A DNA stretch of 61,995 nt, counting the filler, from Stramenopiles sp. TOSAG23-2 (taxonomy: Eukaryota): the NCBI GenBank assembly GCA_900128395.1. It is 23 parts of 23 records of this genome, joined end to end, with 100 filler letters (N's around TTAATTAATTAA, not from the genome) between each part and the next. Parts side by side here need not be neighbours in the genome. Positions count along the whole stretch, not along the records: positions 48,691 to 51,275 come from LT651639.1; positions 51,376 to 53,960 come from LT651640.1; positions 54,061 to 56,639 come from LT651641.1; positions 56,740 to 59,317 come from LT651642.1; positions 59,418 to 61,995 come from LT651643.1; 18 more parts are not named here. One strand, 5' to 3'. This document shows positions 49,648 through 61,995 of the stretch, one piece after another. The translations under genes and the position numbers were made by a program. A model generated the notes under the pieces. It saw nothing but the letters and a program-made list of their open reading frames with translations. It was not told the DNA's origin and ran no database searches. The first letter of the stretch is position 1, and each line of letters starts with the position of its first letter.

Positions 49648-50883
49648 TTATGCAATATCTGGAATTAATGGACATTTGCTATTGCATGGTGGCCAATATA
49701 TTTCATTTTTGCATCTATCGATCCATTTAAAGGCTGATTGTGGATTTAAATTTGGCAACAATACCAAAAACCCATCCTCGTTTGTCCGATGATGATCAGG
49801 CATATATTGTTTTATCCATTTATATAATCCCCCAACAGCATTTTCACCATTAATCAACGGTTTATGTAACTTAAAATTGCAATGTAACAGACAAGATGCT
49901 GCAAACATTCCGTCACGTGTACTTTTTAAAACTTGACCAAAATTTTCTGAAGCATTTTTGCCATATTCACTCACAAACGTTTTAATAGATTCTGGCCAAA
50001 AAAGAAAATCTCTTGAAATTCCCTCAAAACCTGTTAAAACAACAGAGTCTGTAAGACTTTCAATTATGAAAAGTGGTCTATTTGAATATTTATAAGAATG
50101 ACGTGGGATCAAACATTTATATCCATTGCTATCACCAACTTTTTGCAAGCAATTTTCTGGTAAATATGCATCATATAATTTACGATGATGAATAAATGCT
50201 GGGTCACGTACATCGACTGGTGGGGTACTACTATCTTTTCCTGTATACCATTCAATATTTGGAACATATCCACCAATCGGCACACCTACTAAAGTAGATT
50301 CTAGGATGGACGCAACATAATCATAATTAATAAATACACCTAATCCTCCAGCACTTCCACCAGCAAAAGTAATGAATGACCCTGTTTTATTGACAGTGGT
50401 TGATTTAGCAAGATCTTCAAATACTGCTGTAATAGTATCATGACCATTAAACCATAGATTAAACGTCTCGTTTGAAGGAGATTTACGTGCTCCACTCCAT
50501 ATACTGCCATCACAATATTTAACCCAGATCTTATTCCATTGACGAAAAGGATTAGCCATATCACTTGTTGTTAAACTCCAATCATTCCAAGTAAAAGTCC
50601 GGGTCCAATTTTTTGATGAACCAAGGTCTGTTTTTGATCGTGCAGTACAACCTTCATCATGTGTGCACATTCCACCACCTTCAAGTATGACCATAAAGCG
50701 ATTTGATACCGATGTATTAGTTGCTGGAACAAAATAATATCCACTTGGTGAACCATCTAAACATTTGGCTAAAGGGTATTGATTTAATAATATAAGTTTA
50801 GCATTGCAATATGGAATAATAGTAGCTATTGCAGCAAATGTTACGAAAAAAAGTATTAGGACCGTTTGATGAGTAGAGTGCAT
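49648..50883 (-). CDS. Pectinacetylesterase/Notum-family secreted hydrolase
   Basis: Signal peptide, AKCLDGSPSGYY, LEGGGMC, YCDGS.WSG, GGSAGG nucleophile, SCLLHC; likely ATG at 50883. Confidence 0.92.
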   Translation of the reverse strand: MHSTHQTVLILFFVTFAAIATIIPYCNAKLILLNQYPLAKCLDGSPSGYYFVPATNTSVSNRFMVILEGGGMCTHDEGCTARSKTDLGSSKNWTRTFTWNDWSLTTSDMANPFRQWNKIWVKYCDGSIWSGARKSPSNETFNLWFNGHDTITAVFEDLAKSTTVNKTGSFITFAGGSAGGLGVFINYDYVASILESTLVGVPIGGYVPNIEWYTGKDSSTPPVDVRDPAFIHHRKLYDAYLPENCLQKVGDSNGYKCLIPRHSYKYSNRPLFIIESLTDSVVLTGFEGISRDFLFWPESIKTFVSEYGKNASENFGQVLKSTRDGMFAASCLLHCNFKLHKPLINGENAVGGLYKWIKQYMPDHHRTNEDGFLVLLPNLNPQSAFKWIDRCKNEIYWPPCNSKCPLIPDIA

Positions 50884-52130
50884 CGTTTTGATGATTATTA
50901 TAATAATACGGTTATATATTATAATTATTGATTTTCTTTTCTTCACTTTCTTATTAAATTATACAATATATAATGTAAATATTTAAAAATGCAACTTTTA
51001 TTTGTTTTTTTGTGCCAATTTTCTGCCAATTATTATTATTTTTTATATTCATTTCTTCAATCATCTTTTCAATTTATATTCAAATCACATCTGAAATGGT
51101 TTTTAAGGATATTTATGTAAACACATATGGCCTGGCTGGAGATCTGCTGATGTGGGAGATTGTTTTGATGATACAGTATGTGAGATGAGCAAACATGAGA
51201 GCCGCCAGGAGCCACAGAAATAGTAATAGTACAGTATAACACTAAGATTCAATTTGCACATTTCATAGGAAGTGCNNNNNNNNNNNNNNNNNNNNNNNNN
51301 NNNNNNNNNNNNNNNNNNNTTAATTAATTAANNNNNNNNNNNNNNNNNNNNNNNNNNNNNNNNNNNNNNNNNNNNGATGTAATATATTTTAAATCCATTA
51401 TTACATCTTTTGTGTGTGTGTGTAAAGGAAGATTGTAAAATTGAGAGCGGTGTGATATATAAAATAGAGTTTACATTGTTGAAATTGTACACATGGGTAG
51501 AGATCAATCATATATATGTATTCGAATTGTGTTATATTTTGCAACCAAAAGCATTAGTACAGGCGTATATCATTATATCAAATATTATTGAAGATACATA
51601 GGGAAAAACCATACTCAGTATACGAACCTGTTTTATACTATAAAATCATACAGTATTAGTATGTTATAAATAGGGTTACAATGTGCCAATATGTTGAAAT
51701 TAAAAAAAAACAAAACAAGAATTTGAAAAATGCAATCTGGCAATAGTATTTGTATGCTATTCGTATTCCCACCAAAACTCGATAAAAATCTACAACATGA
51801 AGACCACACAACATCAGAAGATATTACATTGTATTATTACAAAATATCTGTATTAGAATTGAAAATATACAAATTACGTATTACTAGAAGAGTGGAAGAC
51901 ATAATAGACACCTTTTTTAATTCATAATACTTTCATCCATTCATTTATTACATATTGAATAGTATTACCTTTTGAACAAGGAATATTTTCAGTCATTCAC
52001 ACACACACACACACACACACATATATTCAAGATAGAAATATTACCAGTTTAAATAAGTAATATTTTTCATTCATTTATTTTGACCATTTATTTTATATCT
52101 ATTTAACTAAAATATCACTACCACACCACC

Positions 52131-53960
52131 ATGTCAGGTGTTAATATGTATTCTGGTAATAAAGGTGGGTATCGTAAAAAGAAAAGTTTACATACTGGCG
52201 GATTGTCCAAGATAAAACGTCGTACGTCCCATACAGGTGGATCAAAATACGGTGCTGGCCGCGAAGAGAGAAGTGATCGTGGGGGGCGTGATCAACCTAA
52301 TCGTAAAGGAGGGAACGAAGATGATAATAACACGGCAAGTGGTCTATCCGAACTAGAAGAAAGTCGAAGGGAATATAGATTGCAAAGACAAGCTCAAGGA
52401 CGTGCATTTGATGATGCATTTGGTTTCGAAGCTTTTACGGAAGGCCCAGAACGCGAAGGATGGCTTTTGAATTTTTTACCAACGACGGTTCAACGAGATG
52501 GAAAAACCGAAGAGGCAGCTTTGGATGTATATTTTTTACAACAAGATGGGGAAACGTTTCGTGTTACAATCATCCATGAACCATATTTTTACATACGTGT
52601 TCCAACACATTTTTTAAAAGATGTTGTAGGTTTATTAGAACGTCGTTTCGATGGACAGTTTAGTCGCATTGAGCAAGTTGAAAAAGTTGATTTAGAATTT
52701 CCTAATCATCTTGCAGGGGAAAAGCCAATCTATTTAAAATTATCCTTTACAAATGTGCAAAATTTAATGACAGTTCGTAAATTAATTTTACAAGCTGTGG
52801 AAAAAAATGGTAAAAATCGCAGTACGGAAGATATATATGCAAATTTTGTTAGTAATGGCAATGAAGCAGATATTAAAATTCCGGAAAATATATGGGAAGT
52901 TGTTGTTGATATTCGCGAATACGATGTACCATATTATCAACGTGCAGCGATTGATTTAGGATTACGCTCTGGTGCATGGTACGATGTTGAATGTTTAGCA
53001 AATGGTGTTGTCAAAGCAAAGCGTAAAGTTGATATGTTAGTAAAAGCTGAACCACGTGTTTTGGCATTCGATATTGAATGCACAAAGGCGCCATTGAAAT
53101 TTCCAAATGCAGAGGTCGATCAAATTTTTATGATCTCATATATGTTTGATGGACAAGGTTATTTAATTATCAATAGGGAAGTTGTATCTGAGGACATTGA
53201 CGATTTTGAATATACCCCTAAACCACAATATCCAGGACCTTTTATAGTATTTAACGAAGTCAATGAAAAAGATTTATTAGTAAGATTTTTTGAACATTGC
53301 CAAGAGCTACGCCCTAACATTTGGGTTACTTACAATGGAGATTTTTTCGATTGGCCCTTCGTTGAGAAAAGAGCATTGAAATACGGCATTAAAATGGAAA
53401 ACGAAATTGGTGTCAGTGTAACGCGCAGTGGCGAATACCGTGGACGTTGCTCTGTCCATATGGATGCATTTTCATGGGTTCAACGTGATAGTTATTTACC
53501 TCAAGGTTCAAGAGGTTTAAAAGCTGTTACTAAATATAAGTTAGGTTACAATCCAGTAGAAGTTGCACCGGAAGAAATGGTAAAATTTGCAAGTGAACAA
53601 CCACAACGTATGGCAGCATATTCAGTCTCTGATGCTGTTGCAACGTATTATTTATATATGAAGTATGTTCATAATTTCATATTTTCGTTATGTACTATTA
53701 TTCCGATGATTCCAGAAGATGTTTTGCGTAAAGGTTCGGGAACATTGTGTGAAATGTTATTAATGGTGGAAGCATATGAGAAAAATATCATTGCACCAAA
53801 TAAACAAAAAACAAAACGTACGAAATTCCATAAAAGGCAATTGCTTGAATCGGAAACGTACATAGGAGGTCATGTAGAAAGTTTATTAGCCGGGGTCTAC
53901 CGTAACGATTTGCCAGAACATTTTGACGTGGATCCAACTGCATTTGACGAATTAATATCC
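52131..53960 (+). CDS. POLE: DNA polymerase epsilon catalytic subunit, N-terminal and exonuclease region, 3'-partial
   Basis: REYDVPYY, VLAFDIECTKAPLKFP, TYNGDFFDWPF, RDSYLPQGS, YSVSDAVATYYLYMKY, LRKGSGTLCE, ETYIGGHVE. Confidence 0.98.
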
Positions 53961-54476
53961 NNNNNNNNNNNNNNNNNNNNNNNNNNNNNNNNNNNNNNNN
54001 NNNNTTAATTAATTAANNNNNNNNNNNNNNNNNNNNNNNNNNNNNNNNNNNNNNNNNNNNTTGATGTGAAAATAAAAAGAAAAAGAACCACCATAAAACT
54101 GGGTATGTTTTTAGCTTTGGTTAAATTACACGCGCGAGATGATTTCTTTATAAAAAAAAATAAATTTTTATGAAAAAATATTTATGAGAGATACAGTTAT
54201 ACTTCGTATAAAATATATTTTAATCTCGTACGACTTCGTAGATTTTTATCACATGTATTCGTACTTCGTATGCATATCATTTAAAATATATAATTAATAC
54301 CCAGGTATCCATATATCATACGAATTTATTTATCATATCATAAATATATATCATAGCACTTTATTAAAATATATATATATTTAAATTTTATACGTATAAC
54401 ATATGAGTAAGAGAAAAACACATATATTTAAATTTTGGTATTTAATCCACATCACACACACGTTTCATAATGTCTC

Positions 54477-56639
54477 TCACGAATAATCATGAAACGATGA
54501 ATTTTGAAACTCAGAAATTTGCTTATCAATCTGTACAATAATCGGATGTTGCTCGTCATATGCACCAGTGCCAAGTAAAATTTCTCTCTCTTTTATCAAT
54601 CTATCACTATTTCTAGATGGTGTAGGTGCATTTGCATTATTTGTCCCACTTTTACTGCGATCTGGTGAAAACATATTTGCTCGTTTTAATGCATCTAATT
54701 CATCTTTAATACTTCTTAATTCTTGACGATCGCCATCTAATATATATCGTTCTTCTCTTGCTAAATATTGTAATCGTAGTTGCTCCAATCCTTTCTCGGA
54801 TGCTTCTCGTTTCTCTCGCCTTTCTGCTTGCAATTCTTTCACCAAGCGTGATAATTGTTCTTTATATTGCTTCAAAGTCTCATCTTTCAATTTACTTTCT
54901 GACTCTTGCTGTACACGTTTCGCTTCTATCTCTGCTTTTTCTACCATCAAGTGATTTATTTTTTGTCTCAATTTACTTTCCGGTGTTTTGCGTTGGTCTT
55001 CTTTGTACTTATGGTACGCTTCCTCTATACTTTCCACGCGTCTCTTGGCTACAGTTCTAGCTTTCTCCGCTTCCTTCATGCGTTTCTCTAAATGCGCACT
55101 GCGTTGCTTTTCTATGTTCAATTTGTGTTGCAATTCTTCCTCTAAACGTCGTTGAAAAATTTTAGATTCTGCTGCTTGTAATTCAGCTGCTCGTTTTAAA
55201 TCAGCTTCCTGTATTGACAATTCCCTTTCCCTTTTCTCTACAGACGATAATTTTTGACGTAATTTATTTTCTATTAATTCGTAACGTTGTTGCGCATCGA
55301 CAATTGCTTGGTGCCGTTCCGATTCTCTTGAACTCCACTCTGCTTCTAATTGCTTCATACGCGTCATCTCCTTCTTTTTCATTCTATCTTCCCATTCCGC
55401 ATATTCATCGGCAAACCATTTTTGCAATGCCGTTTGTGTAATCGAATCGTTTGCGATCATTTCTGCTGTTACGTTGCTATTGTTATTACTTTGGAACGAA
55501 TTGTTTCTATTAAATGTTGATGTTTGACTATTAATCGTTTGATTTCTTGCAGGATTTACCATACTTTGTGAAAAATTGAGCGTAGAATCTTGCATGGATA
55601 ATCTATCATCCTCACTGAAATTTCTACTACTGCTGCCACTTCGATTCCCTGGTTGTTCCCGTATAGAGGAAGACGATGAGACCATCATTTTCCCATTACT
55701 TGGTGGTGCCGTGGATGGGCCGAGATCCTCTAAAAACAATACAACTCGCACGGATGCCACCTTTGCAACACGTTTCACCATGCCTTCCGTACCATTTGCC
55801 TCTTCAACTTCGGTTATGACTTGAAAATATTGATCATGTGCTTTTACCGTAATATACTTTGAACCACTGCTACCGGTTCTAGACGTGCGTTGATGTTGTT
55901 GCAACATTGCTAGCGTTGGAAATGTTTTACGAGTTTTTGGGTCTCTGAAAATTTGGTTTGCATTGATCAACGGGCCAAATGGAACTGTTGCAACACCAGT
56001 TCTTTTATCTTTGGTATATTGGCCTTTTGCAAACAATTCAATAGCAAGCGGTGCATCTAATAGTGACTGTTCCAACCTCTCCGGTTCCATTATTACTTCA
56101 AAATTGGAGTAACCTTGTGGTAATAAGACTTCTGAATTACGGTCAACCATAATTGGTGGCCTAGTTCTTACAGTAGATATACAACCTATGGAATTGCATG
56201 TATACAAAAAACAATATTTTCCACGTTCAGCAACTTCTTTGATAGAACGTAAATCTATTGATATTCTAAATCGATGTGGAACGCCAGGTTCACTTCTTCT
56301 TTGACGTGGTTGGGGTGTAACACCAGGTTTTTCATCAGAATCGTTACTATTGGTATTTGTTGCATCTTTTTTCCCTGACGCATCACCATTATTAGTTGTA
56401 TCGTTGTTTGTCGTTTTCTCGCCACCACCATTCTCACTATTACCATTTTCATCTTCAAAATCATCATCCCCATAATCGTCATCATCGCCACCGTCATCAT
56501 CATCATTGTCGTTTTTATCTGCGTCTTTGCTTTCACCTTGGGTATTTTTTTGAACCACTTGTCTCGTGGCAACTTGTGATGGGGTATTTACGTCTATTTT
56601 TTTCTCCTCTTCTTCCGTTTTTTCTGCTTTTTGTGGTAC
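54477..56639 (-). CDS. CEP120: Centrosomal protein CEP120, third C2 domain plus coiled coil, 5'-partial
   Basis: HRFRISIDLRSI, RTRPPI.V.RNSEVLLPQGY, coiled coil, C-terminal LIKEREILLGTGAYDEQHPII.QIDKQI. Confidence 0.85.
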   Translation of the reverse strand, partial: VPQKAEKTEEEEKKIDVNTPSQVATRQVVQKNTQGESKDADKNDNDDDDGGDDDDYGDDDFEDENGNSENGGGEKTTNNDTTNNGDASGKKDATNTNSNDSDEKPGVTPQPRQRRSEPGVPHRFRISIDLRSIKEVAERGKYCFLYTCNSIGCISTVRTRPPIMVDRNSEVLLPQGYSNFEVIMEPERLEQSLLDAPLAIELFAKGQYTKDKRTGVATVPFGPLINANQIFRDPKTRKTFPTLAMLQQHQRTSRTGSSGSKYITVKAHDQYFQVITEVEEANGTEGMVKRVAKVASVRVVLFLEDLGPSTAPPSNGKMMVSSSSSIREQPGNRSGSSSRNFSEDDRLSMQDSTLNFSQSMVNPARNQTINSQTSTFNRNNSFQSNNNSNVTAEMIANDSITQTALQKWFADEYAEWEDRMKKKEMTRMKQLEAEWSSRESERHQAIVDAQQRYELIENKLRQKLSSVEKRERELSIQEADLKRAAELQAAESKIFQRRLEEELQHKLNIEKQRSAHLEKRMKEAEKARTVAKRRVESIEEAYHKYKEDQRKTPESKLRQKINHLMVEKAEIEAKRVQQESESKLKDETLKQYKEQLSRLVKELQAERREKREASEKGLEQLRLQYLAREERYILDGDRQELRSIKDELDALKRANMFSPDRSKSGTNNANAPTPSRNSDRLIKEREILLGTGAYDEQHPIIVQIDKQISEFQNSSFHDYS

Positions 56640-56739
56640 NNNNNNNNNNNNNNNNNNNNNNNNNNNNNNNNNNNNNNNNNNNNTTAATTAATTAANNNNN
56701 NNNNNNNNNNNNNNNNNNNNNNNNNNNNNNNNNNNNNNN

Positions 56740-59317
56740 AAAGTGTCAATTCCGAATGGATTTCACTTGCTAATGCTGGAGCTAGACATGTGGTTAGTAG
56801 TTGTAATCATGAAAAATTGTCCTCGTATATTACATTATATGGTGTTCATGGCGGTGAAGTAACTCTAGCACAAGAAAATGGACGGTATCAACATTTTAGA
56901 TTGCATCCACTAGAAGTAAAAAACATAAGTATTCACGATTTACACCTTCACCCATTGAGAATATTCTCCACGGGAGATATAATTGTAGTGCTGAACGAAG
57001 GCAAAATGCATACTGTTATTCCAAAAGTTACAAATAATGAAGTGTATGGTACATACTATGAGAATAGTAGTGCCACGTTTTACATGGAGTGGGAACCTGT
57101 CTTAACCACGTCTTCTTCCGCATGTACAGCTTCGTCTTCAGTTTTAAAATGTATACCAAGTGTCGCCAAGGAGTCTACTGCACATTCATGTTTAAATAAC
57201 AAAATGTTGCATTTACAGGCTTTGAATCGGCTTTCCAAACGGTATATCCTTCCGTTTGAAACGTCGTCTATTTTTGCTACGAGTGAAAAAAAAACAACTT
57301 GTATTATTCGTAGTGGCACACTCGTGTATCCTTCAAGTGCAATCGTTGAAGCCACAACAGCAACTGCTACCACTACTAAAACCACTACATTAATACCAAC
57401 GACGACAGTCCCGGTGACAACTGCATTCAATAGTACTGTAACTGTAACAACAACTATCGCTCCAACAACAAGCACGTACGATCTAATTGAGATTAATGTC
57501 ACTAGTGTTTCGCTAAATATGGCCTATGCTACTTTAAACCGTCGTTTATCTGTCGGATCAATTATTGAGTGTGAAACTCCTATATTAATTAGCTCCAGGA
57601 GCTTCCTTGATAACTTAAACTATCAACTAGAAGGAGATAATCAAAAATCGATAAATTTCCAAAAGTATTTTCCAACTTCAAGCAATTATACCTCATGTGT
57701 AGATGTAAAAAATAACAATCCATATGCACCTCCTGGGTTGTATGCATTACAAAGTTCTGAACTTGTATGTTGTACGGAGGATTTTATGGGTGGTGTCCAT
57801 TTTAACTTACAACTGCCACACCATGTTTTACCATCTCAGAATGATCGAATTTCTTTTAATTTTAGCGACATGCTACATGACCTATCCGATAACAAAATAT
57901 GTCGACAACATCAAATTGACAAAAATGTATTCCAAGAAATTAGAGGGTGTGATGGTAATTTAAATTCAGGGATACACGTGTGTAGTAATTGGACCGTAAA
58001 TTTAAATACAAGGCAAGTAGATGCCGTTATATACGGAAGAAACGCTAGAGATGCTATTAGCAATGGCATTCCGTTTACAGGCTGCATGTTCAACTCAAAT
58101 ACGTTTGAAAAAGAGTTAAATCTGCAAATGGTTAAAGTGTTACACAATTTGGAGTATAAAGCCGATGAAGTTGGAACTAGCGGATATCCTGCCACAATAA
58201 TTTCATTTCAAATGACTGATGATACAGCAGTGAAGCTTATTGACTCAATAGCACTTCATGGTGCTTCCATTGGTGCACCTAACATCAGATCATCAAATGC
58301 TAATTTATGTCCAAAATCTTTTAATCCAATCACATTATACAAAGACATATATCCTCCAGTATCCTCTTCAGTGAGATTATCCTTAAGCACGGGTATGATT
58401 GAAGTGCTTTACAATGAAAGTATACTTTGCCATATCAATACTAGTAATCCTGTTGAAATGACTGCGACGATTTTGGATAAAGATGACACATTTTTAGTCA
58501 AAGATCTTCGAGTTGACAGCATTAGCTGTGGTGATTCTGGCATGATTTTGAACATCAATGATTTTGACCGTGAGGCTATAATTCAGGCTATACAGGGAGA
58601 GATCGATAATAGTGTATATGAGACCATTTACTACAATATTGATTTATTGATATTGTTTAATGATAGCTTTGTTACGGATCGATCAATGAATAGTGTCGCG
58701 CGTGATATCACGTCGTCATATCGAAATATCGATGAAATTTCAAAGGACATAAAAGCGCCATGTATACATTCCATAACTGCTGATCCATCTACAAATTTTA
58801 TTGACATTGAGTTTACTGAATCTGTAAGAGGTGTTAAAAATAGAATATTTGAAAATGGATTGCATGTAGATAATCTTATCAGCCTAACAGTATTTGACGA
58901 TAATGGTGTAGATCCATATGCCCCAAGTCTGAGTTTACTAAAATATACCATGTTGCAAAAAGATAATGAAACCGTAAAGGGTGTTAGATTATACAGTGAG
59001 CTTCATCAAACAAGCGGTAAAATCTCAATATCAATGAATACATCAGCAATAATAGATCTTTCAGATAATCCTATTTGTTCTTCTTATACCACGTCAAGAT
59101 CGATACTTCATGAAATTCCTAGTTGTGATGGAAATATAACAACCATTGGATCTAACTATTTTTGGTGCACAAAATGGTTGGTAGATGCAAACTCTGCAGA
59201 AGCAAATGCGACGTTATATTCCACGTATGATAATTACTTCGCAGAAAATCTTGATTCAAGCTCAATATTTAGTAACTTAAAAGCGGCACTTGTTAAGCGA
59301 GTGGATTTTACTACTTG
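56740..59317 (+). CDS. Large extracellular/surface protein (internal fragment): Thr-rich stalk, fibrinogen-like start motif, Ig-like D..P...F.E repeats
   Basis: Long open frame; TSCVDVKNNNPYAPPGLYAL; DIYPPV...IEVLYNESI and DIKAPCI...IDIEFTESV; internal repeat DLSDNxIC...EIxxCDGN. Confidence 0.75.
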
Positions 59318-59417
59318 NNNNNNNNNNNNNNNNNNNNNNNNNNNNNNNNNNNNNNNNNNNNTTAATTAATTAANNNNNNNNNNNNNNNNNNNNNNNNNNN
59401 NNNNNNNNNNNNNNNNN

Positions 59418-61995
59418 TCAATTGATAAAAAATCCCTCTAATTAAGTTTTAAGTGAATTATCAAAAAAATACTTCTTAGACTACAAATATTGTACTACAA
59501 CTTTTTAAAACCTCAAACATGAATATTTTTGCCAATTTTATTTTCATTTTGAGAAGTTCCGCCAAAATGGGTACGAAAATTGAGAAATTTCATCAGATAT
59601 ATAAAATTTGCATTATGTCTCCAAACATCATTCCCAACTTTTTAAAGTCATATAAAGCTTCACTTCTTTTCTTCATATATATAACTTGTATCTCTAAACT
59701 CCAACCAAAATAAATATTACATTTACATGAAACGCTAGACCCAAAATGACTTTTCATTAAAAAATGCACTTTTTTTAACACTTTTATTAAGGTTTTACAA
59801 GCCTATTTCATAGTAAGGGTACTTTGACATCCAATTGAAACGTCGTTCGTAAAGTATGTTCCTGGCACTCAGTTGTCATCAACTTACTCTTAAGTTTGGC
59901 TCTATACATGTAGAAATGAGAATCGAACCTACTTTTGTATTAATATGTTGATTGACTCGAAATATATTGTGTCAAGTATCCCCCATTTTGCAATGAATTT
60001 GAACATGCCTGAAAAAGGCCTAAAAATCCAAATCGATTTTGAATCACATAAATTTTAACGGGAGCTAGAAATCTTCATTATAAACATGCAACATAAAAAA
60101 TTTTGATAAAATATCGCAGATTCTATATCGTAGGTGATATATTTAACTTTTCTCCGAGAGTTTACATGTATAATTATGTTTTTAAAGAAAAGTGCTGAAA
60201 AAAATATTTTAATCGTACGTTAGCATGGAGTTAGTATTAGAGCACTTTTTCACCGAAATGGTGAAAATCATGAAAGGTTGAAAACTTTCATTGAAGTTAT
60301 TAATATTAGACTTTGAAACGTTGTATATCCGTCATTTATTACATATACAATATCTGTAGGTCGTGGTCTTGGCAGTTACGCAGCAGAACCATGCTTACTA
60401 AAAATATCGTGCATTTTGATCATTTACGTTAGGGTTAGAGATGCTAGCACTTTTCCATCGAAATGGTGAAAATCATGAAAGGTTGAAAATTTTCATTGAA
60501 GTTATTGAAATTAGACTTTGAAACGTTCTATATCCGTTGTTTATTACATATACAATGTCTGTAGGTCGTGGTCTGGGGAGTTTAACAGTAGAACCATGCT
60601 TACTAAAAATATCGTGCATTTTGATCATTTACGTTAGGGTTAGAGATGCTAGCACTACTCAGCATTGCGGGGTCATACCCGTACATGACGGGACCTCTCA
60701 CTCTATTTTTCAGCACCCACATATACTCACACGAATGCCATTTCTACACTTTCCCATAATATACAAAGCTGAAACCAATACCTAAAAGTCATATACTAAC
60801 CACCTAAACAATTTCCGATCGTTCCTCAGCATTGCGGGGTCATACCCGTACATGACGGGACCTCTCACTCTATTTTTCAGCACCCACATATACTCACACG
60901 AATGCCATTTCTACACTTTCCCATAATATACAAAGCTGAAACCAATACCTAAAAGTCATATACTGATCACTTGAACAATTCCCGACCGTTCTCCTGTCCA
61001 TACATCATATATAAGTCAAGCTTTACACCGATATGTGATTTTCAAGATCGGGTTAGTTTAGGGTTAGAGACCAAAAAATCACCAAAATATTGAAAAATTT
61101 TCAGAAATATGAGCAAAATACAATGTGTCAATTTTTTCTATCTAAATCTTCTACAAATTAATTCGAAATAAGACATATCTCTTAACACATGTCTAAACGA
61201 AAGAAGTACATGAATATTTCGATCTAATTATGTTTTAAATGAAACTGACAAGGTATTGAAATTTTTTCAAAATGACGATTTTTTTTGAAATTAGTATGGA
61301 CATAGGCTGGACTAAAAATGGAAAATTTCAAAATTACAAAAGGTAGTTTATTGTATATACATATACATGGCTTTAGCAAAATAAGTACCTACGATCAATT
61401 TTGATATGCTTGGTAATAAATATGCAACGTATATCAATATTATTGTATTTACTTCACATTTGAATATCCGTTAAAAGTTAAAAAAAACGCGTAACCCTAT
61501 AGCTGTAACACTACTTGATAGGTGCTTTTCACGTGTAGTGTCGGCTCTGTCTTACATCATTTAGTACAAAATTATTATACGAAATATGTGATAGGTTCAA
61601 ATCTTCCAAAAATGATATTTACAATTTATGTAAAAAAGTGAATTTCCATCTAAAATATGATATTTTGTATGATTTCATATTAATGGTATTTATATTATTT
61701 ACAATTTATGTAAAAAAGTGAATTTCCATCTAAAATATGATATTTTGTATGATTTCATATTAGTCGTATTTATATGTAATTTTAAGAAGATGGTGAAGTG
61801 GTTAAAATGACAATGTAATTTTTACATGTATTTTGTGTTTTAAAAAATGGATATTTTTATTATTTAATGATTTTTATTAATTTTGTAGTTTATTTTAGTC
61901 ATTTCTGTAAATTAATAATTTATTTAAGTATAAATTTTAGTGTATAAATTTGATGCCAGAAATTCTGCTATCCCTAATTTCTGAAAACAAGAAAT
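59418..61995 (+). repeat. Long non-coding repeat family, copy 2 (probably the whole contig)
   Basis: 59825-61995 aligns to 27106-29278; the upstream 400 bp has the same A/T-tract character but no second copy in this window. Confidence 0.9.

Noticed and set aside
10869..56639. Ciliary gene cluster (TMEM67, CEP120, PIH1-domain) or PTEN linked to the acidic repeat protein
   Set aside because: The genes are on different contigs; the order is only by contig length
224..59317. Alternative genetic code or stop-codon reassignment
   Set aside because: Long conserved ORFs are open in the standard code, and TAA, TAG and TGA all terminate genes

Overview
This window is not one locus. It is 23 unrelated contigs of about 2.6 kb (2619 down to 2578 bp, sorted by length) joined by an artificial 100-bp spacer, N44-TTAATTAATTAA-N44. 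Nothing can be inferred from adjacency across spacers. The DNA is AT-rich nuclear DNA of a flagellated eukaryote (TMEM67, CEP120), read in the standard code, with few but very stereotyped introns. A marine stramenopile single-cell or metagenome assembly is my inference, not a demonstrated fact. Recognisable genes or fragments: POLE, ERCC5/XPG, NOB1, TMEM67, CEP120, NSUN2-like, PTEN-like, a GATOR2-type zinc finger, PIH1, PAP2, a Cof-type HAD hydrolase, TLC, Notum/pectinacetylesterase, a SAM methyltransferase, and WD40, TPR, Kelch and EF-hand proteins, plus a decayed DGAT2. The most interesting signals are non-coding: (1) a ~232-bp fold-back MITE family with ~100-bp TIRs in 4 contigs; (2) a >2.1-kb non-coding repeat family with TTAGGG-type motifs, a conserved hairpin and phased T-tracts; (3) a 5-copy array of an intron-like unit plus a 39-nt microexon-like unit; (4) a recurrent, mostly oriented 3'-flank element (TTCTCTTACTCATAT) and TACGA/TCGTA clusters downstream of stop codons; (5) an exact CTAAC branch point and GT(A)(A/T)GT donor in all 9 introns I could define. 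Many short tandem duplications, one inverted junction and several 1-nt frameshifts are probably assembly or amplification artefacts. I found no convincing novel multi-gene system.
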